The notes below the pieces were generated by a model. That model saw nothing but the letters and a program-made list of their open reading frames with translations. It made no database searches and was not told the DNA's origin. Made by a program: the position numbers and the translations under genes. Of a DNA stretch of 64,000 nucleotides, positions 39,112 to 49,024 are shown piece by piece. Each line of letters starts with the position of its first letter. Within the stretch, counting starts at the first letter, position 1. The DNA comes from Alphaproteobacteria bacterium (GTDB lineage Bacteria; Pseudomonadota; Alphaproteobacteria; UBA828), in the NCBI GenBank assembly GCA_963422645.2, contig CAXXVO010000005.1, positions 352,001-416,000 on the forward strand, given 5' to 3'.

Positions 39112-39690
39112 TCAGCTCCGCCAGGTGGCCGCTTCGCCGGCATCGATCTCCTGCTCCTCCAGCTGAGCACCGGCGTAGCGTCGGTTGGCCTCGCCCAAGG
39201 CATCGCGCAGGGCCTTCACCAAACTTGCACGCTCCTCCGGCGCGAGGAATGGGCCGATGATGAGCGAGCGGCCGTGCGAGGTGAGGATGATCTGGCTGTG
39301 GTGCTCCACCGGCTCGTCAAGGGCAACGCGGAGCCAGTAGGGGTTGAAGCGCCATTCCGTCGTGCGGCCGTTGGGCGCGATGCGCCGGACCACGACTTCG
39401 TCTGGGGTTACGCGGATGGTCTCCCGCAGGCGACCGGAGCGATAGCTCAGCCGGAATGCGAGATAGAGCAGCACGATGTCGAGGCCGAAGAAGCCGAATA
39501 CCGGCCACGCACCTTGCAGCAGAAAATAGGTGCCAAGGCCGACGCTGACCACGACCACGCAGGTCATGACCGTGAGGAAGCCCGCGCGCCCCAGCGAGCG
39601 GTTGGGCGCGAGCACCGCATCGAAGAGCGCCGGCGCATCGGGCTTCTCGTGCTGGGCTGGTGTGTCCGGCCCGCACGGGGAGGAGGTCAT
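39112..39690 (-). CDS. DUF2244 membrane protein
   Basis: L.PNRSL...GF, GAWPVFGFFGLD, IG.FL...ER. Confidence 0.85.
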   Translation of the reverse strand: MTSSPCGPDTPAQHEKPDAPALFDAVLAPNRSLGRAGFLTVMTCVVVVSVGLGTYFLLQGAWPVFGFFGLDIVLLYLAFRLSYRSGRLRETIRVTPDEVVVRRIAPNGRTTEWRFNPYWLRVALDEPVEHHSQIILTSHGRSLIIGPFLAPEERASLVKALRDALGEANRRYAGAQLEEQEIDAGEAATWRS

Positions 39691-39901
39691 GACTATAGAG
39701 TAATGCCCAAAAAGCGCGGCGGTAAAGCACGACCGGAGAATTCGGCGTATGAGAAGCAAGTAACTGGCCGCAACCCCCTTATTTTGGAGAGTCGTAACTA
39801 CCCAGGTACCCAATCCTGAGTTGAGGACGGTGATTATGGCGGCGGCCGCGGCCTGGTTCTGCCACCGCGATTGGTTCTTGACCTCATAGAGTTGCGGGAC
39901 T

Positions 39902-39936
39902 ATGGACTGCTCTCTCGCGTGACGGGAGCGGTCCAT
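39902..39936 (+). promoter_or_regulatory. Hairpin sequestering SD and start codon of the IS-borne MTase
   Basis: ATGGACTGCTC pairs with GAGCGGTCCAT (one G-U pair); TTGACC at 39878-39883 upstream. Confidence 0.55.
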
Positions 39937-40600
39937 GGGGTATTTCGGCTCGAAGGCGACAGCAGGTCTGTGCCAAGCGCTGATTGCGCTGATGCCGCCG
40001 CACTCCGTCTACATCGAAAGCCACCTTGGGGGCGGGGCGCTGATGAAGCGCAAGCCGCCGGCCGTGCGTTCGATCGGCATCGACCGCGATGCGCAGGCGC
40101 TCGAGGCCTTCGTCTGCGACTACCCGGTCGATCTGGTTCACGGCTGTGCCCATGACTTCCTGGCCTCGTTCCCGTTCCTGGGCCCGGAGCTGGTTTACAG
40201 CGATCCGCCCTATCTGCACGCGACCCGCCGCTCGGCGCAGCGCTACCGCTTCGAGTACGAGGAGGCCGGCCACGTCGCGCTTCTCGCGCTGCTCAAGGCT
40301 CTGCCCTGCCAGGTCATGATCTCGGGCCATCCGTCGGCGCTCTATGACGAGGTGCTGGCGGGATGGCGCCGGCTGGCGCTGCAGGTCACGACCCAGGGTC
40401 TGGTGCGAACCGAGGTCGTCTGGTTCAACTACGCCCCCGACCGGATGCATTGGGCCAGCCACGCAGGCCGGAACTTCACCGACCGCCAGCGCATCAAGCG
40501 CAAGGCAGCCAACTGGGGCCGGCGCTACCAGGCCTTGCCGCCGGGCGAACGCCTCGCCGTGCTCGCCGCCATGATGGCCGTCGAGGCCGAAGACACGTGA
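39935..40600 (+). CDS. Short Dam/D12-like N6-adenine DNA methyltransferase
   Basis: YFGSK start, YIESHLGGG (motif I), IGID, YSDPPY (motif IV), VMISG, TEVVWFNY. Confidence 0.85.
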   Translation: MGYFGSKATAGLCQALIALMPPHSVYIESHLGGGALMKRKPPAVRSIGIDRDAQALEAFVCDYPVDLVHGCAHDFLASFPFLGPELVYSDPPYLHATRRSAQRYRFEYEEAGHVALLALLKALPCQVMISGHPSALYDEVLAGWRRLALQVTTQGLVRTEVVWFNYAPDRMHWASHAGRNFTDRQRIKRKAANWGRRYQALPPGERLAVLAAMMAVEAEDT

Positions 40601-42135
40601 CGGTGTCGCACTGGCACGAAGACCTCGCCGCCCGTAACGAGGCCTTCTGCTGCCTGAAGGAGCTTCTCGAGCCATCATCCCTCGCAACCACTGTCGTCGT
40701 TGCCGTCCGGGAATGGGGGCAGGGGCTGCTGCGATCAGCCACCGCGCTCGCCCGGGAAAATGCCGCACTCGAGCAGGAGAACGCGGCCCTGCGCGAGCGC
40801 ATCGCCGAACTCGAGCGCAGCGCGGCCCTCAACAGCACCACAAGCAGCAAGCCCCCCGCCAGCGACGGGCTCAAGAAGAAAAGCGGAGCCCAGAGGCGCA
40901 CCCAAAGCCAGCGCGGAAAGTCCGGCGGGCCCAGTGGCGGCCAGCCCGGCCACAAGGGAACCACCCTCGCGCGGAGCGACAGCCCGGACCGTGTCGTCGA
41001 TCACCACCCCTCCACCTGTTCCGGCTGTGGCGTCGAGCTCTCGGACGCCGACCGGCAAGGCGCGCCCGCCTGTCGGCAGGTCTTCGACGTACCCGAGCCG
41101 CAGCCTCTCGAGGTCACCGAACACCGCGCCCATCGCTGCCTCTGCGGCGCATGCGGCACGCTGACACGAGCCGCCTTCCCGCCGGGCGTCACCGCCCCGG
41201 TCCAGTACGGCCCTCGCATCACCGCTTGGGTGAGTTACCTGCTGTACGCCCAGTTCGTGCCCGAGAAGCGTCTGGCCGAACTCATGAGCGACATCTTCGC
41301 GGTGTCCATCTCCACTGCCACGATCGCCGCCATGGGCCGGCGCACAGCGCAGCGCTTCGAGGGCTTCCTCGACCATGTCGCCGATCTGATCCGCACGCAG
41401 GCGCCGGTCAAGCACCTCGACGAGACCGGCCTGCGTATCGCCGCCCGTACCCGCTGGCTCCATGTGCTGTGCACCCCGTTGCTCACCGTCCTGCGCATCG
41501 GCGAGGGACGCGGCGATGTCGAAAAGAACCTGAAAGGCATCCTCGTCCACGACGACTTCGCCCCCTACTTCACCATCAAGGGCGTCCGCCACGGCGCCTG
41601 CAACGCACATCACCTGCGCGAACTCCAGGCCCTGATCGACATCGAGAAGGAGGAATGGGCGGCGAGCATGCACCGCCTGCTTCAGCGCGCGCGCAGGGCC
41701 GCCCGCTTCGCCCGTGAGAAAGACCGTCAAGTCCCCGCCTCCCTGGTGGCCCGCATCTCAAGGGCATGGGACCGTATCCTCGAAGAAGCCATCGCCTTCC
41801 ATGAGGCCCAACCGCCGCTCCAGATCGCAAAGCGAGGGCGAAAGAAACGCCGCATCGGCCACAACCTCGCGCGCCGCCTTCAAAAGCATAAGGAGGGCTG
41901 CCTGCGCTTCCTCACCGACCTGCGCACGCCGTTCACGAATAACGAGGCGGAGCGTGACATCCGTATGAACAAAGTGCATGAGAAGATCTCAGGCGGCTTC
42001 CGCTCCCTGCAAGGCGCCTGCAACTTCGCCGGAATGCGCAGCGTCATCGTCACCGCTCGAAAGCAAGGCTGGAACATCCTGCAAATCCTGGCGCACCCGG
42101 AACCGATGCAGCTGATCCCTATACTGCGCTCCTGA
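40597..42135 (+). CDS. IS66 transposase
   Basis: GTGA overlap with MTase stop; SKPPASD, DETG, VHD, CNAHHLREL, TNNEAERD. Confidence 0.93.
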   Translation: MTVSHWHEDLAARNEAFCCLKELLEPSSLATTVVVAVREWGQGLLRSATALARENAALEQENAALRERIAELERSAALNSTTSSKPPASDGLKKKSGAQRRTQSQRGKSGGPSGGQPGHKGTTLARSDSPDRVVDHHPSTCSGCGVELSDADRQGAPACRQVFDVPEPQPLEVTEHRAHRCLCGACGTLTRAAFPPGVTAPVQYGPRITAWVSYLLYAQFVPEKRLAELMSDIFAVSISTATIAAMGRRTAQRFEGFLDHVADLIRTQAPVKHLDETGLRIAARTRWLHVLCTPLLTVLRIGEGRGDVEKNLKGILVHDDFAPYFTIKGVRHGACNAHHLRELQALIDIEKEEWAASMHRLLQRARRAARFAREKDRQVPASLVARISRAWDRILEEAIAFHEAQPPLQIAKRGRKKRRIGHNLARRLQKHKEGCLRFLTDLRTPFTNNEAERDIRMNKVHEKISGGFRSLQGACNFAGMRSVIVTARKQGWNILQILAHPEPMQLIPILRS

Positions 42136-42368
42136 ACTTCTCCGGCTCATCCTGAGTATCGCTGTCCTCTCATCTTGTTCGCGACGCGGCGTTCATCATC
42201 CTCTCGCGCTCAAGAGAGTAGGCACCCCCGCGGCGTGGGGGCGTTGACGCAAAAGGAACTGGCTTGTTCCATAAGAGAGAGGGGGTACCTGGGCAGTTAC
42301 GAATACATATCCGTGACGACCTGGTTTTCCGCGGTGCTGAACCAATGAGTAGCACCGCCAGTAGCTAA

Positions 42369-43985
42369 CCTGACCTATTCATCCTGCGTTGCCTTTGGAG
42401 GTCACGATGGCACGGCGTGAGCTTTCCCCCTGACGCCATAGGCATCCGGTTTCGAGCTTTGTTGTGACAGGCGTTGGGGGTTGAGGGGGAGTTCGGGTTT
42501 ACGGGGCACGGCGCCCCGGCGGTCAGGGGCCTGCTGCTGCGAGGCGCCCTGCGAGCAGGCGGAAGAGGGCGGCGTCCGGGCAGGCAGAGGAGAAGTGGAT
42601 ACGGATGCGGGCGGCCTTTTCGATGACGCGGGCACCGATCTTGAGCAGGCGCAGCCTGAGAGTGGCGAACTCGGCGCGGGCGAGCGGCGCAGCACGGGGA
42701 ATGGCGTCGCGCAGGGCGAGCATGAGCCAGTAGGCGCCGGTGTGCAGGACCAGCCTGAGCTGGTTGGCGAGCGGGCTTTGGCAAGAGGTCCGGTCCGAGG
42801 CGAGCTGGCCCTTGTGCAGCTTGATCAGGTTCTCGGCCTGGCCGCGGGCGCAGTAGAGGACTTCGTAGAGATGGCGGGGCTCGCCGCTGAGCGAGGTGAC
42901 GATATAGCGGGCGTCGAAGCCGCGCGTGCTCGCCTCTAGCCTGGCGACGACCCGGCGTTCGCGGCCCCAGGAGCGGGCGGCGTAGGCGAAGGCGGCGAAG
43001 CTGCGCATCCTGTCTGCGCCGGCCTCGGCGCGGCGCACCTTGAGGTCGTCGGCCACCTCGTAGGCGAGGGCATGCAGCGCGCGATTGCCCGCGAGGCCGA
43101 AGATGTAGTCGACGCCGTTCTCCTCGCACCAGGCCATGGCCTGCGGGCGGCCGTAGTGGGAATCTCCGCGGAAGGTGAGCCGGGTGCGGGGCCAGTGGCG
43201 GCGTATACGGCGGACCAGATGCTTCAGCAGGGTGCGGACCTCAGGCCCGGACGGCGTCTTTCCCGGGCGCAGGAGGACCGCCACCGGCTTGCCGCTCTCC
43301 ACATGGTAGACGTGGACGGGGAGAAAGCAGCGCGTGTCGTAATGGGCGTGGAAGAGCGAGAGCTGCTGGTGGCCGTGCACGGCATCGCAGGTGTCGTCGA
43401 TATCCAGGGTGATGGCGGCGGGAGGGGCGGGAAAGGAGCGGCAGAAGAGATCGACCAGCGCCGCCGTCATGCGCGCCACCTCGATGCGGGACGGTGCGTT
43501 CTCCAGGCGGCTCATGGTCGGCTGCGAGCAGAGCGCGCCCCCGCTCTCCGGCGCCTGGCCCGCGGCGAGCTTGAACAGGGGGTCCGTGCGGAGCGCGTCG
43601 CAGTCGTCGGCATCCTCGTAACCGCAGGCGATCGCCAGCATGCGAAAGCGCAGCATGGCCGAGAGCGAGTGGACCACCTGCGCCTGATTGCGCCGGTCGC
43701 GGATGCAGCCTGCCAGGGTCTCGGCGAGGCGCAAGCGGCGCTCCGCCCCGCGCAACAGGACGAGGCCGCCGTCAGACGAGATCAGGCCACCATCGAAGGC
43801 GGCACTCACCTTCTTGCGTTGGACGCTTGGCAGATCGAAGGGGAGAAGGCTATCGTCGGTCATGGCGGGCGTGGCGTTTTCGTTGTTCGGAGAGGAAGAC
43901 GCTCGGACAACGAATTCCTACCCGATGGCAACGGCTTACGCTACGTCCGCCACCCCAAAATCAGACACGCCGTGAATAATTGGGG
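42369..43985 (-). mobile_element. IS1380-family insertion sequence
   Basis: Imperfect IRs CCTGACCTATTCAT / CCCCAATTATTCAC; 4-bp TSD CTAA at 42365-42368 and 43986-43989. Confidence 0.9.
42523..43863 (-). CDS. IS1380 transposase (DDE_Tnp_1_4)
   Basis: FDGG.ISSDGG, SQPTMSRLEN, LDIDDT, RGDSHY, Y..RG..EN.IK. Confidence 0.93.
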   Translation of the reverse strand: MTDDSLLPFDLPSVQRKKVSAAFDGGLISSDGGLVLLRGAERRLRLAETLAGCIRDRRNQAQVVHSLSAMLRFRMLAIACGYEDADDCDALRTDPLFKLAAGQAPESGGALCSQPTMSRLENAPSRIEVARMTAALVDLFCRSFPAPPAAITLDIDDTCDAVHGHQQLSLFHAHYDTRCFLPVHVYHVESGKPVAVLLRPGKTPSGPEVRTLLKHLVRRIRRHWPRTRLTFRGDSHYGRPQAMAWCEENGVDYIFGLAGNRALHALAYEVADDLKVRRAEAGADRMRSFAAFAYAARSWGRERRVVARLEASTRGFDARYIVTSLSGEPRHLYEVLYCARGQAENLIKLHKGQLASDRTSCQSPLANQLRLVLHTGAYWLMLALRDAIPRAAPLARAEFATLRLRLLKIGARVIEKAARIRIHFSSACPDAALFRLLAGRLAAAGP

Positions 43986-44249
43986 CTAATTTGCTCGCCA
44001 AGTCCTGATATCTGTTCTCAATACTTTGCATGAAAACTGATTCTGCACGTTGATCCCATACTCTACGTGCACAAAAATTGGGTGCTCCGGCTTCAATAAT
44101 ACGGATTTATGTTCCCTGATCAGGTGAACACGAACCACTACATTTTCATCGCAAAATCGCTCAATCGATTTCTTGGGAAAACAGTGTTGATGGATTGTGA
44201 GCTGATGTGGATTACCCTTTTGTGTTTTTTCGTACTTCAAGGCCGTTAC

Positions 44250-46484
44250 CTAGAGAAATCGATTCGCAGCGGGGAAGCCGCGCGGCGCGGCACGCCCGGC
44301 CTGGCCGCGCTTGCCGTGCCACTGGTCGAGCGCCGTCTCAGTGCGCACACCGGTGCCCGAGCGCCAGCGCAGCCCCGCCGCGCCGTCGAACACCTGCGCG
44401 TCCGAAAGCGCGGCGTCGCGGTAGCGCTGCAAGATGACGCCCCGGCCCCGCGTCATGGTGGGCACCTCGCCGGCGGGGAACACCAGCAGGCGCCGGTTGG
44501 TGCCGACGACCGCGACCGTATCGCCGGCCGCCTCGACACAGGCCGCAGCCTCCGCCCCTTGCGCCGGGTTAAGCACCTGCCGCCCGGTGCGAGTCTGCGC
44601 AACGACCTCGTCCTCGGGCACAAAGAAGCCGCGCCCGTCGCTCGCCGCCACCAATAGCCGCCGGTCGGGCCGGTGAGCGAAGAGAGCGACCGGCTCATGA
44701 TCGTTGCCGAGGTCGACCATGAGGCGCACGGGTTCTCCGAAACCGCGGCCGCCTGGGAGCCGATCCGCCGCGAGCGTGTAGAAACGCCCGTTGGTGGCGA
44801 AGAGCAGCAACTTGTCCGTGGTCTCGGCGTGGAAGCGGAAGCGTTCGCGGTCGCCATCCTTGTAGCGTACCGCCGTCTCAGCCTCGGCATGGCCCTTGAT
44901 CGCGCGGATCCACCCCTTCGCCGAGCAGATCACCGTGATGGGCTCGCGCTCCACCAGCGCCTCCGCCGGCACATCCTTTGGCAGGGGCGCCGCGCCGATG
45001 GCGGTGCGGCGCGCGCCGAGCTCGGTCTCCTGCCCGAAGCGCGTCTTGATCTCCGCGATCTCGGCTATGAGCGCGGTCTTCTGCCGGCGCGTGCTGTTCG
45101 CGAGCTTCTCGAGCTGGCCGCGCTCCGTCTCCAGCGCCTCGTGCTCGCGCCGAATCGCCTCCTCCTCCAAGCGCCGCAGCGCACGCAGGCGCATGTTTAG
45201 GATCGCGTCGGCCTGCAGCTCGTTGATCCCGAACGCGGCCACGAGCGCGGGCTTCGGCTCGTCCTCCTCGCGCACGATTCGGATCACTTCGTCGAGATTG
45301 AGGTAGGCGATGAGATAGCCGCCGAGCACATCGAGCCGGTGCGCGATCGCCGCCAGCCGGTGGGCGGTACGGCGCAGCAGGATCTCGCGTCTGTGATCGA
45401 GAAAGGCCTGGAGCACCTGCCTGAGAGTCATCACGCGGGGCACGCCCGCCGCATCCAATACGTTCATGTTGAGCCCGATGCGGGTCTCCAGCTCGGTCTG
45501 GCGGAAGAGCATCTCCATCAGAAGCTCGGCTTCGACGGTGCGGCTCTTGGGCTCCAGCACGATGCGCACGTCCTCGGCCGATTCGTCGCGCACGTCGGCC
45601 AAGAGGGCGAGCTTGCGGGCCTGGAGCAGCTCGGCGATGCGCTCGATCAGGCGCGCCTTCTGCACCTGATAGGGAATCTCGGTGACCACGATCTGGTACT
45701 GGCCGCGACCGATGTTCTCCTTCTCCCAGCGCGCGCGGACGCGGAAGCCGCCCCGCCCCGTCGCATAGGCCTCCACAATCTGGTCGCGGTCCTCCACCAG
45801 AACGCCTCCGGTGGGGAAGTCCGGCCCCGGCACCAGACCCACCAGGGCGTCGTCCGAAAGCTTGGGATCCTTTAGGAGCGCGGTGAGCGCGTCGCAAAGC
45901 TCGCCGGCATTGTGGGGCGGAATGCTGGTGGCTAAGCCGACCGCGATTCCCGTCGCCCCGTTGGCGAGCAGGTTGGGAAAGGCCGCCGGCAGCACAACGG
46001 GCTCGCTTTCGCTGCCGTCGTAGGTCTCGCGGAAGTCGACAGCGTCCTCGTCGAGGCCATCCAGCAGGGCTTGTGCGACCTCCGTGAGCCGCGCCTCGGT
46101 GTAGCGCATCGCCGCGGCGTTATCGCCGTCGACGTTGCCGAAGTTGCCCTGCCCCTCGACCAGCGCATAGCGCGCGGCGAAGGTCTGGGCGAGCCGCACC
46201 AGGGCGTCGTACACCGAAGAATCGCCGTGGGGGTGGTACTTGCCGATCACGTCGCCCACGACCCGCGCGCACTTCTTGAAGCCCACATTGGGATCCAGTT
46301 TCAGGACCCGCATCGCATAGAGGATCCTGCGCTGGACCGGCTTGAGCCCGTCGCGCACGTCGGGCAACGAGCGCGCGGTGATGGTGGAGAGCGCATAGGC
46401 GAGATAGCGCTCGCTCAGCGCATCACCGAGCGGCACGGGGAGGACCGTGCCTTCCGTCGCGACGTCGTCTGCGATTCGCGCCAT
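44250..46484 (-). CDS. parC: DNA topoisomerase IV subunit A
   Basis: [22 protein letters not shown]; short C-terminal domain without GyrA box. Confidence 0.93.
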   Translation of the reverse strand: MARIADDVATEGTVLPVPLGDALSERYLAYALSTITARSLPDVRDGLKPVQRRILYAMRVLKLDPNVGFKKCARVVGDVIGKYHPHGDSSVYDALVRLAQTFAARYALVEGQGNFGNVDGDNAAAMRYTEARLTEVAQALLDGLDEDAVDFRETYDGSESEPVVLPAAFPNLLANGATGIAVGLATSIPPHNAGELCDALTALLKDPKLSDDALVGLVPGPDFPTGGVLVEDRDQIVEAYATGRGGFRVRARWEKENIGRGQYQIVVTEIPYQVQKARLIERIAELLQARKLALLADVRDESAEDVRIVLEPKSRTVEAELLMEMLFRQTELETRIGLNMNVLDAAGVPRVMTLRQVLQAFLDHRREILLRRTAHRLAAIAHRLDVLGGYLIAYLNLDEVIRIVREEDEPKPALVAAFGINELQADAILNMRLRALRRLEEEAIRREHEALETERGQLEKLANSTRRQKTALIAEIAEIKTRFGQETELGARRTAIGAAPLPKDVPAEALVEREPITVICSAKGWIRAIKGHAEAETAVRYKDGDRERFRFHAETTDKLLLFATNGRFYTLAADRLPGGRGFGEPVRLMVDLGNDHEPVALFAHRPDRRLLVAASDGRGFFVPEDEVVAQTRTGRQVLNPAQGAEAAACVEAAGDTVAVVGTNRRLLVFPAGEVPTMTRGRGVILQRYRDAALSDAQVFDGAAGLRWRSGTGVRTETALDQWHGKRGQAGRAAPRGFPAANRFL

Positions 46485-46515
46485 GACAGCCGCTATAGCA
46501 CAGGCGGCGTAAGGG

Positions 46516-47286
46516 TTAAGGATCTTGCGCCGGCGACACGGCGTATGGCGGCGCAGCACCCGCCTGCAAGCGATCGATGAAGCGCCCCCTGGCGGGCGGC
46601 ATGCGGCCGCCCTGCCCCGCGAACACGTGCTTTTCGAAGAACCAGCCTGTCAGCCGCAAGCCAGCGACGATATCGGCGGCAGGGGCGGCAGCGGTATCCT
46701 CCTCCGACCGCATGAGGAAGGACGGCAGCGAGAGCAGCTTCTCCGCATAGGGCGCGGCGGCCTCTTGCGACACCGCCCGCCCGCTACGCGGCGACACATA
46801 GGCCAGACCCTCGACCGCACCGGTCACCGCACAAGCCGAAAGGTCGAGGCCGAAGCCGAGCTCGGCGAGCAGCGCAAGCTCCCAATGGACCACCGCTTCG
46901 GCCCAGCGCTCGCTCGCTTCGAGCGTGTCGAGCAGGCGTCCGGTGGCGCCGTAGACCTGCAAATAGGGAAGCCGCTCCGGCAGCGTCGCCTCCACCAGCG
47001 CGCAGACGGCAGCGAGCGCCGCGAGACGGGGCGGGTCATCCAACACGAGGCTCGCCCGCGCGCGCACCAGCTCGCAGGTATAGCGGCCGAGATGCTCGGC
47101 AAGGCGAGCCTGCCAGCGGGCCGTGAGCGCATTGCCCGGTTGATAGAGCCCGCGCGCGCGGCGGCCGCGCGCACCGTGCACCAAGCCGGCGTGGCGGCCG
47201 TGATGCTCGGTGAGCAGCGAGACGACGGCGGCATTCTCGCCGTGGCGGCGGGCAGAGAGGACGATCCCCGTATCGCTCCATTCCAT
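46516..47286 (-). CDS. recO: DNA repair protein RecO
   Basis: [35 protein letters not shown]. Confidence 0.93.
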   Translation of the reverse strand: MEWSDTGIVLSARRHGENAAVVSLLTEHHGRHAGLVHGARGRRARGLYQPGNALTARWQARLAEHLGRYTCELVRARASLVLDDPPRLAALAAVCALVEATLPERLPYLQVYGATGRLLDTLEASERWAEAVVHWELALLAELGFGLDLSACAVTGAVEGLAYVSPRSGRAVSQEAAAPYAEKLLSLPSFLMRSEEDTAAAPAADIVAGLRLTGWFFEKHVFAGQGGRMPPARGRFIDRLQAGAAPPYAVSPAQDP

Positions 47287-47384
47287 CGCCTGCCCCCGAA
47301 TCAGCGTCGGCGCGACGCTGACCGAAACAGTGCCGCGCCCGCGGCGCCCTTGCAACGCGGCGGCCGCTTCGCCACAATCGGAAC

Positions 47385-47476
47385 TGCTCTGGGGGAGCCG
47401 TACGCGGCTGAGAGGTCGGAACAACTCCGACGACCCCTTGAACCTGATCCGGTTAGGACCGGCGTAGGAAACGAGA
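47385..47476 (+). ncRNA. TPP riboswitch (THI element)
   Basis: GGGG..GCTGAGAG..ACCC.TTGAACCTGATCCGG..ACCGGCGTAGG consensus upstream of thiamine-precursor ABC genes. Confidence 0.93.
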
Positions 47477-47477
47477 C

Positions 47478-48245
47478 GTGACCCCGCCAGAAAACATGCA
47501 AACCGAGTCGGACCACGCTGTCCGCGTCGAGAGCGCTCGCTTTGGCTTCGAAGGCGCGCTGCTCTTCGACGGCCTGGAGCTCACCCTGGAGCGGGGCCGC
47601 TGGACCTGCCTGCTGGGGCCGAGCGGCGTCGGCAAGTCTAGTCTGCTGCGGGTGATCGCCGGCCTCGAGCGGCTCGAGTCCGGCAACCTGAACGTCCTGG
47701 GCGGCGCGTCGGTCGCCTACATGGCGCAGCAGGACCTGCTCATGCCCTGGCTCAGTGCCCTCGACAACGTCTCTCTCGGCGCACGCCTCAGGGGCGAGAA
47801 GCCCGACCGCGAGCGCGCGCTGGCACTGCTGAAGCGGGTGGGCTTGGGCGGAGAGGCCGATGCCCTCCCCCGCACCCTCTCCGGCGGCATGCGCCAGCGC
47901 GTCGCGCTCGCCCGTACGTTGATGGAAGACCGGCCCATCGTGCTCATGGACGAGCCCTTTTCCGCGCTCGACGCCATCACGCGGATGCGGCTGCAGGAGC
48001 TCGCCTCGGGCCTCCTTGCCGGGCGCACGGTCCTGCTGGTCACCCACGATCCGCTGGAGGCGCTCCGGCTCGGGGAGCGCATCTACGTCATGGCCGGGCG
48101 CCCCGCCTCGCTGCAGCTGGCCGCCGCGCCCGACGGCCCACCGCCCCGCAAGCCCGGCGACCGCTCCCTCCAAGCCCTGCACGCCGAGCTCCTGGAACAG
48201 CTCACGGCGGCCGACGATGCCGGCGCCCACATGCGCCCCCATTGA
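47478..48245 (+). CDS. thiZ: Thiamine-precursor (HMP) ABC transporter ATPase
   Basis: GPSGVGKS, LSGGMRQR, MDEPF; start may be ATG 47496. Confidence 0.85.
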   Translation: MTPPENMQTESDHAVRVESARFGFEGALLFDGLELTLERGRWTCLLGPSGVGKSSLLRVIAGLERLESGNLNVLGGASVAYMAQQDLLMPWLSALDNVSLGARLRGEKPDRERALALLKRVGLGGEADALPRTLSGGMRQRVALARTLMEDRPIVLMDEPFSALDAITRMRLQELASGLLAGRTVLLVTHDPLEALRLGERIYVMAGRPASLQLAAAPDGPPPRKPGDRSLQALHAELLEQLTAADDAGAHMRPH

Positions 48246-48260
48246 TGGCCCGGAACCGGA

Positions 48261-49001
48261 ATGCGCGCCTTCAGGCTGACCACGATCTGCGGCCTCCTGG
48301 TCCTGGTCTGGCAGGCGGTGGTCTGGCTGGCCGACACGCCCCACTTCATCCTGCCCGGGCCGGCGCGGGTCGGCGCAACCTGGTGGGAGCACGCCGGGCT
48401 GATCCTGGGCCACGCCCAGACCACCCTGCTGGAGATCGCCCTCGGCCTCGTGCTCGGCACCCTGCTGGGCGTTGTCAGCGCCCTGGTGCTCACCTACGTG
48501 CAGCCGGCGCGTCTCTGGCTGCTGCCGGTGCTGGTGGCCTCCCAGGCTGTGCCGGTCTTCGCACTCGCTCCGATCCTCGTGCTCTGGCTCGGCTACGGCA
48601 TCGCGTCCAAGGTCGCGATGGCGACGCTCATCATCTACTTCCCCGTGGCCGCGAACTTCTTCGACGGCCTCAGGCGGACCGAGCCGGGCTGGCTCGACCT
48701 CGCCCGCGCCATGGGCGCAAGCCCGTGGCGGACCATGTGGCGCATCCGTGTGCCGTCGGCACTGCCCGCATTGGCCTCGGGCGTTCGCGTGGCGGCGGCG
48801 GTGGCACCCATCGGCGCCGTGGTGGGCGAGTGGGTGGGCTCGAGCGCGGGTCTCGGCTTCCTCATGCTGCACGCCAACGCGCGGATGCAGATCGACCTGA
48901 TGTTCGCTGCGCTGCTCACCCTCGCGGTCTTCGCGGTGGCGATTTACTTCATCATCGACCACGTGCTGCGCCGGGCCCTTCATTGGCAGCCGGACACGTG
49001 A
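48261..49001 (+). CDS. thiX: Thiamine-precursor ABC transporter permease
   Basis: SQAVPVFALAP, GAVVGEW; TMs. Confidence 0.85.
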   Translation: MRAFRLTTICGLLVLVWQAVVWLADTPHFILPGPARVGATWWEHAGLILGHAQTTLLEIALGLVLGTLLGVVSALVLTYVQPARLWLLPVLVASQAVPVFALAPILVLWLGYGIASKVAMATLIIYFPVAANFFDGLRRTEPGWLDLARAMGASPWRTMWRIRVPSALPALASGVRVAAAVAPIGAVVGEWVGSSAGLGFLMLHANARMQIDLMFAALLTLAVFAVAIYFIIDHVLRRALHWQPDT

Positions 49002-49024
49002 TTCAGCGACAGGGAGGACGATAA

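Larger units (their letters stand above)
39794..42300 (+). mobile_element. IS66-family element carrying a DNA methyltransferase passenger gene
   Basis: 18-bp IR GTAACT(A/G)CCCAGGTACCC encloses MTase and transposase; flanks GGAGAGTC / GAATACAT are not a TSD. Confidence 0.88.
42301..44240 (-). pseudogene. Low-GC gene (possibly DUF4238-like), frameshifted, split by IS1380 and truncated by IS66 (fragments 43986-44240 and 42301-42368)
   Basis: HQHCFPKKSIERF start; one T missing near 44075 relative to the frame FCARRVWDQRAE; frame continues across IS1380 as QDLASKLATGGATHWF. Confidence 0.65.

Noticed and set aside
39691-39936. 274-aa version of the DUF2244 ORF
   Set aside because: The extension runs into the IS end; the domain starts after Met 39690.
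40363-40596. N-terminal extension of the transposase or an MTase-transposase fusion
   Set aside because: Extension overlaps the MTase in another frame; GTG at 40597 overlapping the stop is the simpler start and no slippery site is evident.
39935-40600. Restriction-modification system
   Set aside because: No endonuclease gene inside or beside the element; the MTase is solitary.
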